The notes beneath the pieces are model-generated. The model was given only the letters and a program-made list of their open reading frames with translations, did no database searches and was not told where the DNA came from. A stretch of 64,000 nucleotides of DNA from an uncultured Dehalococcoidales bacterium (GTDB taxonomy: Bacteria > Chloroflexota > Dehalococcoidia > GIF9 > UBA5629): the NCBI GenBank assembly GCA_964437795.1, contig CAYTIC010000003.1:93835-157834 (forward strand). Direction: 5' to 3'. The position numbers were made by a program, and so were the translations under genes. The stretch's first letter is position 1; each line of letters starts with the position of its first letter. Shown here in pieces: positions 1-9,543 of this stretch.

Positions 1-5
1 TATAA

Positions 6-206
6 ATGGCACCACTTCCTAAGAAAAAATATCCTAAAGCGCGCCAGGGTAAAAGGCGCAGTCACCTGGCCAAGACACCTACAGCATTTATCGAATGCTC
101 CCGCTGTCACAGCACAAAGCTGCCTCACCAGGTATGCCCGGCATGCGGAACTTACGACGGCAGGGAAGTGCTGGAGATCAAAAGCCCTAAAAAGAAGGGC
201 AAATAA
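6..206 (+). CDS. rpmF: 50S ribosomal protein L32 (bL32), zinc-ribbon form
   Basis: 66-aa basic ORF with the typical L32 N-terminus (P.KK.....R.GKRRSH) and a CxxC...CxxC ribbon (CSRC...CPAC). Confidence 0.9.
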   Translation: MAPLPKKKYPKARQGKRRSHLAKTPTAFIECSRCHSTKLPHQVCPACGTYDGREVLEIKSPKKKGK

Positions 207-249
207 GATATCGCCGGCAGGCTGATTTGGTAAATCAAGGAGGAATTAG

Positions 250-1203
250 ATGGTCGAAGATGTAAAAGTAGCCTATGTGTTTCCAGGTCAGGAATCGAGG
301 CAGGTCGGAATGGGGCTCGACTTTTACGTCCACTACAATTCCGCCAGGGCAGTATTCGACGAAGTAGATAAAGCGCTCGGCTTTCCGCTGTCAAGGCTCT
401 GTTTTGAAGGCCCTGAAGAGGACCTGGCTCAGACGATGAACGCCCAGGCAGCTATCATGACCGTCAGCATTGCCTGCCTCAAGGCAGGGGAAGAGATCAG
501 CGGCGGAGCGCTTCCGACTCCCACACTGGTAGCCGGCCATGGATGCGGTGAATATGCCGCCATGGTGTCATCAGGCATGATGAAACTGGGCGATGCTGTC
601 CGACTTGTACGCGAGCGCGGGCGTCTCATGAACGAGGCCGGCCGTCGCAAGCCGGGCGGTATGCTGCAAATCATGGACCTCGACAGGGACACTGTCGAGG
701 GTGTATGCCTGACGACCGGGGTTGAGCTGTCAAATATAAATGCGCCTGATAACACGGTCATCAGCGGAGATGAGCATAAACTGGCCAAGGCCAGGAGGCT
801 GGCGCAGGTAAAAGGAGCGAAGCGCATGCAGCCGGTTAGAGTCAGCGGCGCCTTCCATTCTTCATTGATGGAACCTGCTCTGGACGGCATGATAAGCGCC
901 GTAGCACAATTTCAATATGAAGCGCCGACGGTACCCGTGGTATCCAACGTAACGGCGCAACCCATGCATTCGCTTGAAGCGCTCAAGGAAGAGCTTATAA
1001 GCCAGATAGTGCATTGCATAAAATGGCAGCAATCTGTGGAGACCATGCTTGCCCGCGGCATAACAACTTTCTTTGAAGTGGGCCCGGGTGACGTCCTGAC
1101 CAAATACATTAAATTGATAAGCCCCGGCGCGTTGACCTTTAACCTCAGCAATGCTGAGAAAACCAACGAGATAATTAAGTGGCGTAAAGGCGGAAGGTTC
1201 TAA
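250..1203 (+). CDS. fabD: Malonyl-CoA:ACP transacylase (FabD) homolog with the nucleophile Ser replaced (GHGCGE)
   Basis: 317 aa. It aligns by eye over its full length to FabD: YVFPGQ.S..VGMG, AVRLV.ERG.LM with the conserved Arg, SGAFHSSLM, EVGPGDVL. AAGGAGG sits upstream. The active-site motif reads VAGHGCGEY instead of GHSLGEY. Confidence 0.8.
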   Translation: MVEDVKVAYVFPGQESRQVGMGLDFYVHYNSARAVFDEVDKALGFPLSRLCFEGPEEDLAQTMNAQAAIMTVSIACLKAGEEISGGALPTPTLVAGHGCGEYAAMVSSGMMKLGDAVRLVRERGRLMNEAGRRKPGGMLQIMDLDRDTVEGVCLTTGVELSNINAPDNTVISGDEHKLAKARRLAQVKGAKRMQPVRVSGAFHSSLMEPALDGMISAVAQFQYEAPTVPVVSNVTAQPMHSLEALKEELISQIVHCIKWQQSVETMLARGITTFFEVGPGDVLTKYIKLISPGALTFNLSNAEKTNEIIKWRKGGRF

Positions 1204-1246
1204 ACCAGGGATTATCGCGGTAAAGATACTTTCTTCTAGTGATTTT

Positions 1247-1678
1247 ATGCCCACAGGTCTAAGGCATCTTGCCAGGATTGTTGCGCTGCAAACGCTTTTT
1301 GAATTGGAATTTGCAGCCAATAGCCCTGACTCCGTCCTTGAACGCACACTCATGATGAAATCCCTGAGAGGCGAGGGCGCGGGCTTTGCAGGTGAAATGG
1401 TACACGGTGTACTCGATAACCGGGAGCAGTTGGACGACACCATAAGACGCTTTGCCAAGGCATTTCCCGTAGATCAGATGGCTGCTATGGACCGCAATAT
1501 CCTGAGGATCGCCCTCTACGAGATCGTCATCGACAGCAAAACGCCGGCCAAGGTGGCAATCAACGAAGCAGTTGAACTGGCCAAGGAATTCGGCGCCGAC
1601 ACTTCTCCGAAGTTTATCAACGGAGTGCTTGGCGCTGTAATATCAAAAGATAAAGAACGAAAAAATCAAATTGATTGA
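1247..1678 (+). CDS. nusB: Transcription antitermination factor NusB
   Basis: 143 aa with NusB hallmarks: AR..ALQ.LF..EF, DR.ILRIALYE, INEAVELAK.FG......FINGVLG. Confidence 0.9.
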   Translation: MPTGLRHLARIVALQTLFELEFAANSPDSVLERTLMMKSLRGEGAGFAGEMVHGVLDNREQLDDTIRRFAKAFPVDQMAAMDRNILRIALYEIVIDSKTPAKVAINEAVELAKEFGADTSPKFINGVLGAVISKDKERKNQID

Positions 1679-1717
1679 TAGGTATCGCACATCGTATAAT
1701 TTATCGCAGGATATCAG

Positions 1718-1975
1718 ATGGCAAAGCTATTCGATAGGATAAAGAAAATCCTCGTTGATGAATTGGGCGTCGACTCGACTTCCATCGGGCCGTCAGCTTC
1801 TTTTATCGATGATCTCAACATGGACCCGGATGACCTGGCCGAATTCTTTACTACAATCGAAGACAGCTTCAGTAAACCGAATAGTAAATTCGAGATACCT
1901 GAGAAAGATGCCGATAACCTGATCACGATACAGGACATGATGGACTACCTGCAAGAAGCGGGTATCGAGGACTGA
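1718..1975 (+). CDS. acpP: Acyl carrier protein homolog lacking the phosphopantetheine-attachment Ser (DSL -> DPD)
   Basis: 85 aa, colinear with E. coli AcpP as recalled: ..RIKKIL.DELGV......ASFIDDL..D..D..E......E..F...IP......L.T.QD..DY. TATAAT at 1695-1700 and AGGA lie ahead of the ATG. Confidence 0.75.
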   Translation: MAKLFDRIKKILVDELGVDSTSIGPSASFIDDLNMDPDDLAEFFTTIEDSFSKPNSKFEIPEKDADNLITIQDMMDYLQEAGIED

Positions 1976-1995
1976 GAGCCTCACTGATCGTTCGA

Positions 1996-4900
1996 TCAAA
2001 TATTCAGGGAGCCCAATTCCACAACCAGGTCCTTTAACAGCTTCATCCACCTGTTCCCCGACAGCCCTGTATCGATCTTGACCTGCCTGTTGCCCCTCCT
2101 GATTGCCCTGTTTTTTAAAATGTTAATCCCATCCAGGTCCACGGGGTTACTGTCATTAAAAGAAACCGTTATGATGTCACCGCCACGCACAATCGACTCA
2201 ATCCCCGCTTTGATAGCTGCCTGCCTCAATTCGACCACGTACAATATATTCGTAACTTCTCCAGGCATACTGCCAAACCTGTCAACAAGCTCTTCACTTA
2301 TTTCCAACACTTCATCCGATTTGGTCATCCTGGCCAGCCTGTGATAGATATTAAACCTCGTCCTCGGATTGCCGATGAAGATATCGGGGATAAAAGCAGG
2401 TATCTTCAGGTCTATGGAAACACCGGCGGGCTCAATCCTTTTTTGTATGGTGCGGCCTTCGCTCCGGGCTTTGATCTCATCAACCGCCTCTTCGAGCAAC
2501 TGGCAATAGTAACTGAATCCTACGGCGGCGATATTCCCGCTCTGCTCCACTCCCAACAGGTTGCCCGCTCCCCTTATCTCGAGATCTTTCATAGCAATAG
2601 CATAGCCTGCCCCCAGCTCAGTTGCCCGTGCGATTACCTTCAGCCGCTCAAGGGCATGGTCGGTCAAGCTCTTACCTGAATCAAACAGGAAATAGGCATA
2701 AGCCGAATTTGCTCCACGCCCCACCCTGCCACGCAATTGATACAGCTGGGTCAGCCCCATCTTATCGGCATTATCGACGATCAGAGTATTGACGTTCGGC
2801 ATATCCAGACCCGACTCGATAATCGTAGTTGTAACGAGCACGTCGCTCTTCCCCTGCATGAAGTCTGACATGATCTCCTCGAGCTTATCCTCTTCAAGTT
2901 GTCCGTGCGCAACTGATATCCTGGCTTCCGGCACCAGGCCGGCCACCTTAAATGCCAACTCACCTATGCTATGGACCCTGTTATGCACGATAAACACCTG
3001 GCCATCACGTTCCAGTTCACGCAGCACGGCTTCTCTTATCAACCTGTCATTGTATTCGCCCACATGTGTTATCACGGGCAACCGGCTTTCCGGCGGCGTC
3101 TCGATGGTGCTCATATCCCTGATGCCCGAAAGGGCCATATGCATCGTACGCGGTATGGGGGTAGCGCTCAACGTAAGCACATCGACCGACTGCCTCATTT
3201 TCTTAAAATGCTCCTTGTGAACCACGCCAAAACGCTGTTCCTCATCGATTATCACCAATCCGAGGTCTTTAAACCTTACGTCCTTTTGCAGGATCCTGTG
3301 TGTACCTATGCATATATCTATCGTCCCTTCTGCGAGGCCTGAAACCACGTCTGACTGTTCCCTGGCCGAACAGAAGCGGCTCAGTACAGCTACCTTAACC
3401 GGAAATGCCTTTAACCTGTCACTGAAAGTGTTCATGTGCTGCTGTGCCAAAATAGTGGTCGGCACCATTATGGCGACCTGCCTGCTGTCCATGACAGCCT
3501 TGAAGGCGGCTCGCAGGGCAATTTCAGTTTTCCCGTAACCCACGTCACCGCAAACCAGCCGGTCCATCGGCCTGACCGACTCCATATCCGATTTAACTGC
3601 CTCAATTGCTTCCATCTGGTCAGCTGTTTCGATATATGGAAAGGAGGCTTCTAATTCCTTTTGCCAGAGGGTATCCTCCGAGAAAGTGATGCCGCCGCCG
3701 GCTGCTCGTCCGGCATACAACTCGATAAGCTCACCGGCTATATTTGCAACAGATTCCCTCACCTTTTGCTGGGCACGGCTCCATTCCTGAGACCCCAGGC
3801 GGTTTAGCGAAGGAGTCCTTTCACTTCCGCCTATGTAAAGGCTCACCCTGTCGACCTGGTCCACGGGCACGTAAAGCATGTCACCGCACGCGTATTCCAG
3901 CATAAAATATTCCCTCTCCACACCTGCGCTGATCTTCCTGCTGGTGCCGGCAAAACGCCCTATTCCATGCTCCACGTGTACTACAGCGTCGCCGATATTG
4001 ATATCATTGAGGAAGAGGTGGTGGCGGACAGGCCTGGCCTTAGCAAAACGTCGTTTCTTAATGTTTCCAAAAAGCTCCGCATCGGTGAGCAGTAGCAATT
4101 CACCTTCAAGTTGCCACCCTCCATCCAGCGAACCCTGGACTACGGTCAAGGAATTTAGCAAAGGGAGGGATTCGAGCGCTTTCAACGGAGATACATCGAT
4201 ATCACTCTCATGCAGCAGTTCCCTTATCCTTTCCGCCTGCTGACTAACGATAAGGACCCTGCCACTATCTCTCCTCAATTCAGGCAACCTGTCTAAAAAG
4301 ACAGAAAATCTCGCAGAAAAATCCGGGGCGCCTCTGATAGGAAGGCGATAGTGATGTCTATCCGGGTTTTCAACTTCATCCCAGGGACTCAGTTCAACAA
4401 CTTTGTCCCGGTCAGCTATCTTGTTTTCAATATCTTCCCAGCCTAAAAAACCAAGCCCCTCGTTAGATACATCTGTTTTATCGGTCTCCGACGGAACCAG
4501 GCTGGACGATTCCTTCCCGATTCGCTCCACCTCAGATTCAATCTGCTGGATATTATCTAGCAGCAAAAGGGCTTCACCCGGCAGGTAATCCAGCAAATTT
4601 GCGGCGCAATCAGCGGACCGCTCCAATGCCGGCGGCACAATCAGCGACAGCACCTGCGATATGGATCTCTGTGTGCTGGGATCATACAGCCGCAGACTCT
4701 CAACTTCATTCCCGAAAAACTCAATCCTGATCGGCGAATCATGTCCGCAGGGAAATACATCGACGATGCCTCCCCTTTTGCTGAAGGTGCCGGGTATCTC
4801 CACCACATCCTCGAATGCGTACCCCGTCGACTGCAGACTCTTAAGTAATGCGGATTGGTTTATGCGCATACCGTTTATTATCTCGATGCAGCCCTCCTTG

Positions 4901-5367
4901 AACATCTCCAGCCCCATTGACCTGCTGATCAACGAGGCTGCGCTGCACATAATAAAGGTAGGTGACTCATTCTTTTCAACCATGGTTTTACCACCGGACA
5001 GGAGCGCCATTATCCTGAGCCGTTCTGAATTTACAATAGGATCGACCGTGGAACCACTCCCCATAAGATCTGCTTCCGGGAAAAATTGTGGGACATCTGA
5101 GTCGGGCAGCCACAGCTTTACCTGCTCAAAACGGCGCCTGGCCGCCTCAGCATGTGCAGTAACCAGCAACACTGTCTTGCCCAGGCGACTGTAAATGGCG
5201 GCGGCCAAAAAGGGGAGCGCCTGGTCAGGCACAGATACTCGTACCTTTGCCTGTCCTTCTCCCCGCAGGTCTTTTAGCAGCCTTTCAAATTCAGGCAGGT
5301 TTTTAAGCAACCGGTTTAAATAATATAGGTTCATCTCTAAATATAACGGGCCGTCCTCAGCCGGCAC
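1996..5367 (-). CDS. mfd: Transcription-repair coupling factor Mfd
   Basis: 1123 aa. Superfamily-2 helicase motifs: GDVGYGKTEIALRAAF, IIDEEQRFGV, LSATPIPRT, QLRGRVGR. It has a UvrB-homology N-terminal region and a CarD-like segment. The start is GTG at 5367; the ATG at 5334 is an alternative. Confidence 0.95.
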   Translation of the reverse strand: MPAEDGPLYLEMNLYYLNRLLKNLPEFERLLKDLRGEGQAKVRVSVPDQALPFLAAAIYSRLGKTVLLVTAHAEAARRRFEQVKLWLPDSDVPQFFPEADLMGSGSTVDPIVNSERLRIMALLSGGKTMVEKNESPTFIMCSAASLISRSMGLEMFKEGCIEIINGMRINQSALLKSLQSTGYAFEDVVEIPGTFSKRGGIVDVFPCGHDSPIRIEFFGNEVESLRLYDPSTQRSISQVLSLIVPPALERSADCAANLLDYLPGEALLLLDNIQQIESEVERIGKESSSLVPSETDKTDVSNEGLGFLGWEDIENKIADRDKVVELSPWDEVENPDRHHYRLPIRGAPDFSARFSVFLDRLPELRRDSGRVLIVSQQAERIRELLHESDIDVSPLKALESLPLLNSLTVVQGSLDGGWQLEGELLLLTDAELFGNIKKRRFAKARPVRHHLFLNDINIGDAVVHVEHGIGRFAGTSRKISAGVEREYFMLEYACGDMLYVPVDQVDRVSLYIGGSERTPSLNRLGSQEWSRAQQKVRESVANIAGELIELYAGRAAGGGITFSEDTLWQKELEASFPYIETADQMEAIEAVKSDMESVRPMDRLVCGDVGYGKTEIALRAAFKAVMDSRQVAIMVPTTILAQQHMNTFSDRLKAFPVKVAVLSRFCSAREQSDVVSGLAEGTIDICIGTHRILQKDVRFKDLGLVIIDEEQRFGVVHKEHFKKMRQSVDVLTLSATPIPRTMHMALSGIRDMSTIETPPESRLPVITHVGEYNDRLIREAVLRELERDGQVFIVHNRVHSIGELAFKVAGLVPEARISVAHGQLEEDKLEEIMSDFMQGKSDVLVTTTIIESGLDMPNVNTLIVDNADKMGLTQLYQLRGRVGRGANSAYAYFLFDSGKSLTDHALERLKVIARATELGAGYAIAMKDLEIRGAGNLLGVEQSGNIAAVGFSYYCQLLEEAVDEIKARSEGRTIQKRIEPAGVSIDLKIPAFIPDIFIGNPRTRFNIYHRLARMTKSDEVLEISEELVDRFGSMPGEVTNILYVVELRQAAIKAGIESIVRGGDIITVSFNDSNPVDLDGINILKNRAIRRGNRQVKIDTGLSGNRWMKLLKDLVVELGSLNI

Positions 5368-5625
5368 AGTCCAACGGGGATTTTAGCACAGCGATTTAGA
5401 GGCAACCAAACATACGGCTGAGGGGATTACTATTATCATTGCCATGGACGGCTGCAATATAGTTTGCGTAATGATAAATCTCAGTCAGCAACAGAATTGA
5501 ACCCTTATTTACCACGGTTGACCGTATAATTTGAGTTAAGCCGGCTATTGATATATTATTTTTGGCAACATCTAACACTTTACCCGTGAATACCGGCATG
5601 GTTTTCATGCCCCTGTTCTGAATCG

Positions 5626-6114
5626 ATGCGAGATATAAGACTTAACGATATTGCCAAGCTGCTGATAAGCCTGGCCGCCTGCTTTCTGGCCGGTTTTGTC
5701 GGCTCGTTCGCTACACGCGCTGCGACGCCTAACTGGTATGCACTATTGCAGAAGCCATTTTTCACACCGCCCGGCTGGCTGTTTGCCCCCGTGTGGTTCT
5801 TACTTTACATCCTCATGGGCATATCAGCGTTCCTTGTATGGCGAAAAGGTATAAAGGAATTCCAGGTCAGGGAAGGATTGATGATTTTCATCATCCAGCT
5901 CCTGCTGAATATGCTCTGGTCTTACGCTTTCTTCGGTTTAAAGTCACCGCTCTGGGGCCTTATCGTAATAGTCCCGCTATGGACAGCAATCCTGTTAACA
6001 ATGATCAATTTTTATCGCGTTTCTAAAACAGCGTCATTCCTGCTGATACCTTATATTCTCTGGGTAAGCTATGCCACGGTTCTCAATTTCTCAATTTACC
6101 TGCTGAATCCCTGA
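5626..6114 (+). CDS. tspO: TspO/MBR family tryptophan-rich sensory protein
   Basis: 162 aa with five predicted TM helices. Motifs: WY..L.KP.F.PP.W.F.PVW..LY.LMG.... and W...FF. Confidence 0.85.
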   Translation: MRDIRLNDIAKLLISLAACFLAGFVGSFATRAATPNWYALLQKPFFTPPGWLFAPVWFLLYILMGISAFLVWRKGIKEFQVREGLMIFIIQLLLNMLWSYAFFGLKSPLWGLIVIVPLWTAILLTMINFYRVSKTASFLLIPYILWVSYATVLNFSIYLLNP

Positions 6115-6205
6115 AAAACACCTGCGTGGCAAGCCTCGCACCACCCGTGATAAACGATTGGTCAGCCTTTTATTTAAAGGTTACAGCTACTATAATTCAA
6201 CTGTA

Positions 6206-7063
6206 ATGCTATTGAACGATCTTACCCCTTTATTGGAGGACCTCATAGAGAGGGCGCTGGACGAAGATATCTCCGGCGGCGACATTACTTCCAGCGCTCT
6301 GATTCCACCGCATGCAACGGGCAGGGCAAGCTTTATAATTAAGGCCGACGGCATACTGGCCGGGATCGAAATAGCCAGGCTTGTATTTCTAAAGATAGAT
6401 CCTTTTCTGAAATTCACCATCCTGGTGAAAGATGGAAGCCGGGTTAAGCCGGGAGATATTGTAGCGACGGTGGAGGGTGACGTGCCCGGTATTTTGAAAG
6501 GTGAGCGCACCGGCCTGAATTTTCTTCAGCATCTGAGCGGCATAGCAACACAAACGTCTATCTATGTTGATGCTGTGCGAGGACTGCCGGTAAAAATACT
6601 GGATACACGCAAAACACTGCCCGGAATGCGCGTATTGGAAAAATATGCGGTATCCGTCGGCGGAGGAACTAACCACCGTATGAATCTGGGGGATATGGTG
6701 CTTATCAAGGACAACCATATAGCGATTCTGCGGCGTCAGGGCCTCAGCATCGCCGATATAGTCCGGCAGGCGCGAAATAAAACTCCGCGGAACATTAAAA
6801 TCGAGATTGAAACCACCAATCCCTCTGAGGCTTCGGAAGCAGCTGATTCCGGCGCCGATGTGGTCATGTTGGACAACATGGGATTGGACGAGATGCGGAA
6901 AGCAGTGATGTTGATCGACCATAAAGCGATCGTGGAAGCCTCAGGTGGAGTTGACCTGGATAATATACGGGGAATTGCCGAAACAGGTGTGGATTGGATT
7001 TCCGTGGGAGCCCTGACACATTCTGCCGGGGCATTGGATATCAGCCTGAAACTTGTAGTTTAA
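6206..7063 (+). CDS. nadC: Nicotinate-nucleotide (quinolinate) pyrophosphorylase, carboxylating
   Basis: Motifs: ALDEDISGGDITS, ERTGLNFLQHLSGIAT, DTRKTLPG.R.LEKYAV..GGG.NHR..L.D..LIKDNH. I chose the start at ATG 6206 (MLLNDL...) because the upstream 16 codons of the ORF have no homology. Confidence 0.9.
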   Translation: MLLNDLTPLLEDLIERALDEDISGGDITSSALIPPHATGRASFIIKADGILAGIEIARLVFLKIDPFLKFTILVKDGSRVKPGDIVATVEGDVPGILKGERTGLNFLQHLSGIATQTSIYVDAVRGLPVKILDTRKTLPGMRVLEKYAVSVGGGTNHRMNLGDMVLIKDNHIAILRRQGLSIADIVRQARNKTPRNIKIEIETTNPSEASEAADSGADVVMLDNMGLDEMRKAVMLIDHKAIVEASGGVDLDNIRGIAETGVDWISVGALTHSAGALDISLKLVV

Positions 7064-7797
7064 ATCTCCGCTGCAGTCGCATCCCGTTCCAGGCCATGTG
7101 CCCTTAATAGCTCAGTATCGCAGAGTATAGTTTCGGTTGCACTATCCGCCACGATCCGTCCCGAATCCAGCACAACGGTCCTGCCGCACAGCCACCTGAC
7201 CAGGTCAAGGTCGTGGGAGGCTATAATCTTTGTGACAGGAAGATTGCGCAATAACTCGAGTAAAGCCCATTTGCCGCGTGGGTCAAGGCTGCTGGTGGGT
7301 TCGTCGAGGGCCAGTATCTCCGGATCAAGGGACAATACCGTGGCAATGGCTATACGCTTTTTCTCACCAATGCTGAGGTGATGCGAAGATCTTTTTTCGT
7401 ATCCCTGCATGCCCACCTGTTGCAGTGCCTGCTTAACTCTGCGGTTAACTTCTTCTTGCTGAAATCCCATGTTGACAGGTCCGAATGCCACGTCCTCAAA
7501 TACATTCAGTGAAAAAAGCTGATCTTCAGGGTCCTGAAAGACCATCCCCACCTTTTTCCTTATTTCCCTTATGTTCTTATCAACTAACGGTAAACCCCGT
7601 ACAATGATCGACGAATCACCTCTCAATATCCCGTTCAAGTGCATCAACAACGTCGACTTCCCTGCGCCGTTCGGCCCGATCAAAGCCACGCTTTCTCCAC
7701 AATATATCGTCAGGTTGATGTCTTTCAACCCGCATTGACTGTCAGGGTATCTATATGACAATCCGCTTATTTCAATTGCTTTATCAGTTACCATCAA
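7060..7797 (-). CDS. cbiO: ECF/cobalt-type ABC transporter ATP-binding protein (CbiO/EcfA-like)
   Basis: Walker A GPNGAGKST, signature LSIGEKKRIAIA, Walker B ILALDEPTS. It immediately follows the T-component gene. Confidence 0.88.
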   Translation of the reverse strand: MMVTDKAIEISGLSYRYPDSQCGLKDINLTIYCGESVALIGPNGAGKSTLLMHLNGILRGDSSIIVRGLPLVDKNIREIRKKVGMVFQDPEDQLFSLNVFEDVAFGPVNMGFQQEEVNRRVKQALQQVGMQGYEKRSSHHLSIGEKKRIAIATVLSLDPEILALDEPTSSLDPRGKWALLELLRNLPVTKIIASHDLDLVRWLCGRTVVLDSGRIVADSATETILCDTELLRAHGLERDATAAEI

Positions 7798-8568
7798 TCA
7801 CCACCAGATTATGGCCGGACAGATAATCAGCAAGGCCAGAGACACTGCAAAATAAGCGTCCGGCAGGCTGAACCTTAGCTGATTTACTACAACGATTTCA
7901 CCGTTATAACCCCTGGACAACATAGCGGCATAAATCCTCTCCGCACGCTCATAGCTGCGTATGAAAAGCATGCCGATTATATTCCCCACTGTTTTGAGAA
8001 TATTGGTGCGGTTTAAGCCATAATTACGGCTGTCCCGCGCCATTTGCATGCGCATTGCCTGGTCGGAGAGCACAAACATATACCTATACATAAATGAGGT
8101 GATCTGCACAAATACCCGGGGGACCTTCAGCCTGAACATGCCGTGCATGAGTTCCTCGAACTTGGTGGATGAAGATAATACGATCAAGCAAAGGATACAA
8201 AGCCACGACTTGATAATGACATTTAATAATACTGCCAGTCCTTCATATGTAACAGCTATATGCCATGCGCCGATATCATAGCTGGCCGCGACCTGCCCCT
8301 GTTTAAAAAAGGGCACGAATATGGCCACCATGATAACAAACGGGAAGATGACCAGCGACCTCTTCAGCACATATTCTAAAGGTAATCTGGAAAGCGCTAT
8401 TAGCGCCAGCATAATCAGCAGGTATGCGGCAAACACCTTCCAGGTTCCCGTCGGCGTTAAAACCACTGCCAGGATAAAAGCGAGGCTGCAGAGCAGCTTT
8501 GTACGCGGGTCGAGGCGGTGCACAAAGCTGTCGAGACCGCTGTACTCATCAACAAAACTATGTTTCAT
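7798..8568 (-). CDS. cbiQ: ECF transporter transmembrane (T) component CbiQ
   Basis: 256 aa polytopic membrane protein with the conserved Ala-Arg-x-x-Arg coupling motif (MARDSRNYG). It lies between cbiM/N-like and cbiO. Confidence 0.85.
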   Translation of the reverse strand: MKHSFVDEYSGLDSFVHRLDPRTKLLCSLAFILAVVLTPTGTWKVFAAYLLIMLALIALSRLPLEYVLKRSLVIFPFVIMVAIFVPFFKQGQVAASYDIGAWHIAVTYEGLAVLLNVIIKSWLCILCLIVLSSSTKFEELMHGMFRLKVPRVFVQITSFMYRYMFVLSDQAMRMQMARDSRNYGLNRTNILKTVGNIIGMLFIRSYERAERIYAAMLSRGYNGEIVVVNQLRFSLPDAYFAVSLALLIICPAIIWW

Positions 8569-8842
8569 GCTTGGACTTCAATATGCTTGCCAGGCCAAAT
8601 ACGATGCCGAATAGCAATAGCGTGCCCAACAAACCGGCAACTATTGTTGCAGTTGCCTCATTAGTAATACCCGGGAAGGAATAGTCCGATATCACCGTAA
8701 AGGCAGGTTCACTCGCTTTATCGACGAAACTGTAACCTTCAGCAAACCTGTCTAAGCCGTCAGGGAATTTAGAGGCTATCGGAGATAGAACGGCCAACAG
8801 CATTGCAATCGCCAGTCCGATAAGCCACCATCTCGATTTCAT
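8558..8842 (-). CDS. PDGLE-domain small membrane protein (occupies the CbiN/NikN position)
   Basis: 94 aa with N- and C-terminal TM helices and an FPDGLDRFAE motif. GAGGGGGA lies upstream of the ATG. It is located between cbiM and cbiQ. Confidence 0.7.
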   Translation of the reverse strand: MKSRWWLIGLAIAMLLAVLSPIASKFPDGLDRFAEGYSFVDKASEPAFTVISDYSFPGITNEATATIVAGLLGTLLLFGIVFGLASILKSKHET

Positions 8843-8858
8843 AATATATACGTCCCCC

Positions 8859-9497
8859 TCATGCCACCCGCAGTTTTAGGAGATCGGGCCTGGTTGCCCA
8901 GATCAGGCTGAGAACAGCTACCGTAATCATCCCTTCGCCGACACCGATCAGCATATGTACGCCACCCATGGATATAAGAGCCGGTGCCCACGGCGATGTA
9001 CCCGAAATCGACAACTCGGCAGCGCATGCCAGTGAAGCCAGCACAACGGAGAACCACGCCCCGATACCGGCCCCGACAAGCGTACCGGCTTTACTGTGTT
9101 TAAAAATTGCGTCTATACCTTTATATATATAGTAGCTGCTGAACGCGGCGATTACTCCCATATTCGTAATATTAGCTCCCAATGCCAGCAGCCCGCCATC
9201 CTGGAATATCAGCGATTGCACAATGAGCACACTGCTCAATATGAGCACAGTGGCCCATGGCCCCAGCAGTATCGCGGCCAGCGCTGCTCCTACGAAGTGC
9301 CCCGAGGTACCGCCAGCTACCGGAAAATTCAGCATCTGCGCAGCGAAAATAAAAGCTGCCAGGACTCCCATCATGGGAACCTGCTTCTCCCCCATTTTTT
9401 TATTTGTTTCTTTTACAGCAGTAGCTATGGCTGCCACTGCAACCACTCCCGTTGCTGCTGCAACAGGCGCACTGAGGAAACCGTCCGGTATATGCAC
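8859..9497 (-). CDS. cbiM: ECF substrate-capture component CbiM/NikM (cobalt/nickel)
   Basis: 212 aa with the diagnostic N-terminus MHIPDGFLS and a multi-TM profile. Confidence 0.9.
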   Translation of the reverse strand: MHIPDGFLSAPVAAATGVVAVAAIATAVKETNKKMGEKQVPMMGVLAAFIFAAQMLNFPVAGGTSGHFVGAALAAILLGPWATVLILSSVLIVQSLIFQDGGLLALGANITNMGVIAAFSSYYIYKGIDAIFKHSKAGTLVGAGIGAWFSVVLASLACAAELSISGTSPWAPALISMGGVHMLIGVGEGMITVAVLSLIWATRPDLLKLRVA

Positions 9498-9543
9498 GCT
9501 AATCTCCGATACCTGTCATTTTGCAAATCGCGAAGAAATAGGC

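Noticed and set aside
5396-5608. 70-aa minus-strand ORF in the divergent mfd/tspO intergenic region.
   Set aside because: There is no properly spaced ribosome-binding site (GGGG abuts the ATG) and no recognisable family. The region more plausibly holds the two divergent promoters. I could not exclude a real small protein.
9498-9543. I looked for a cobalamin or NiCo riboswitch ahead of cbiM.
   Set aside because: Only 46 nt separate the Fur-family stop from the cbiM start, which is far too short for either riboswitch. No B12-box-like sequence was seen.
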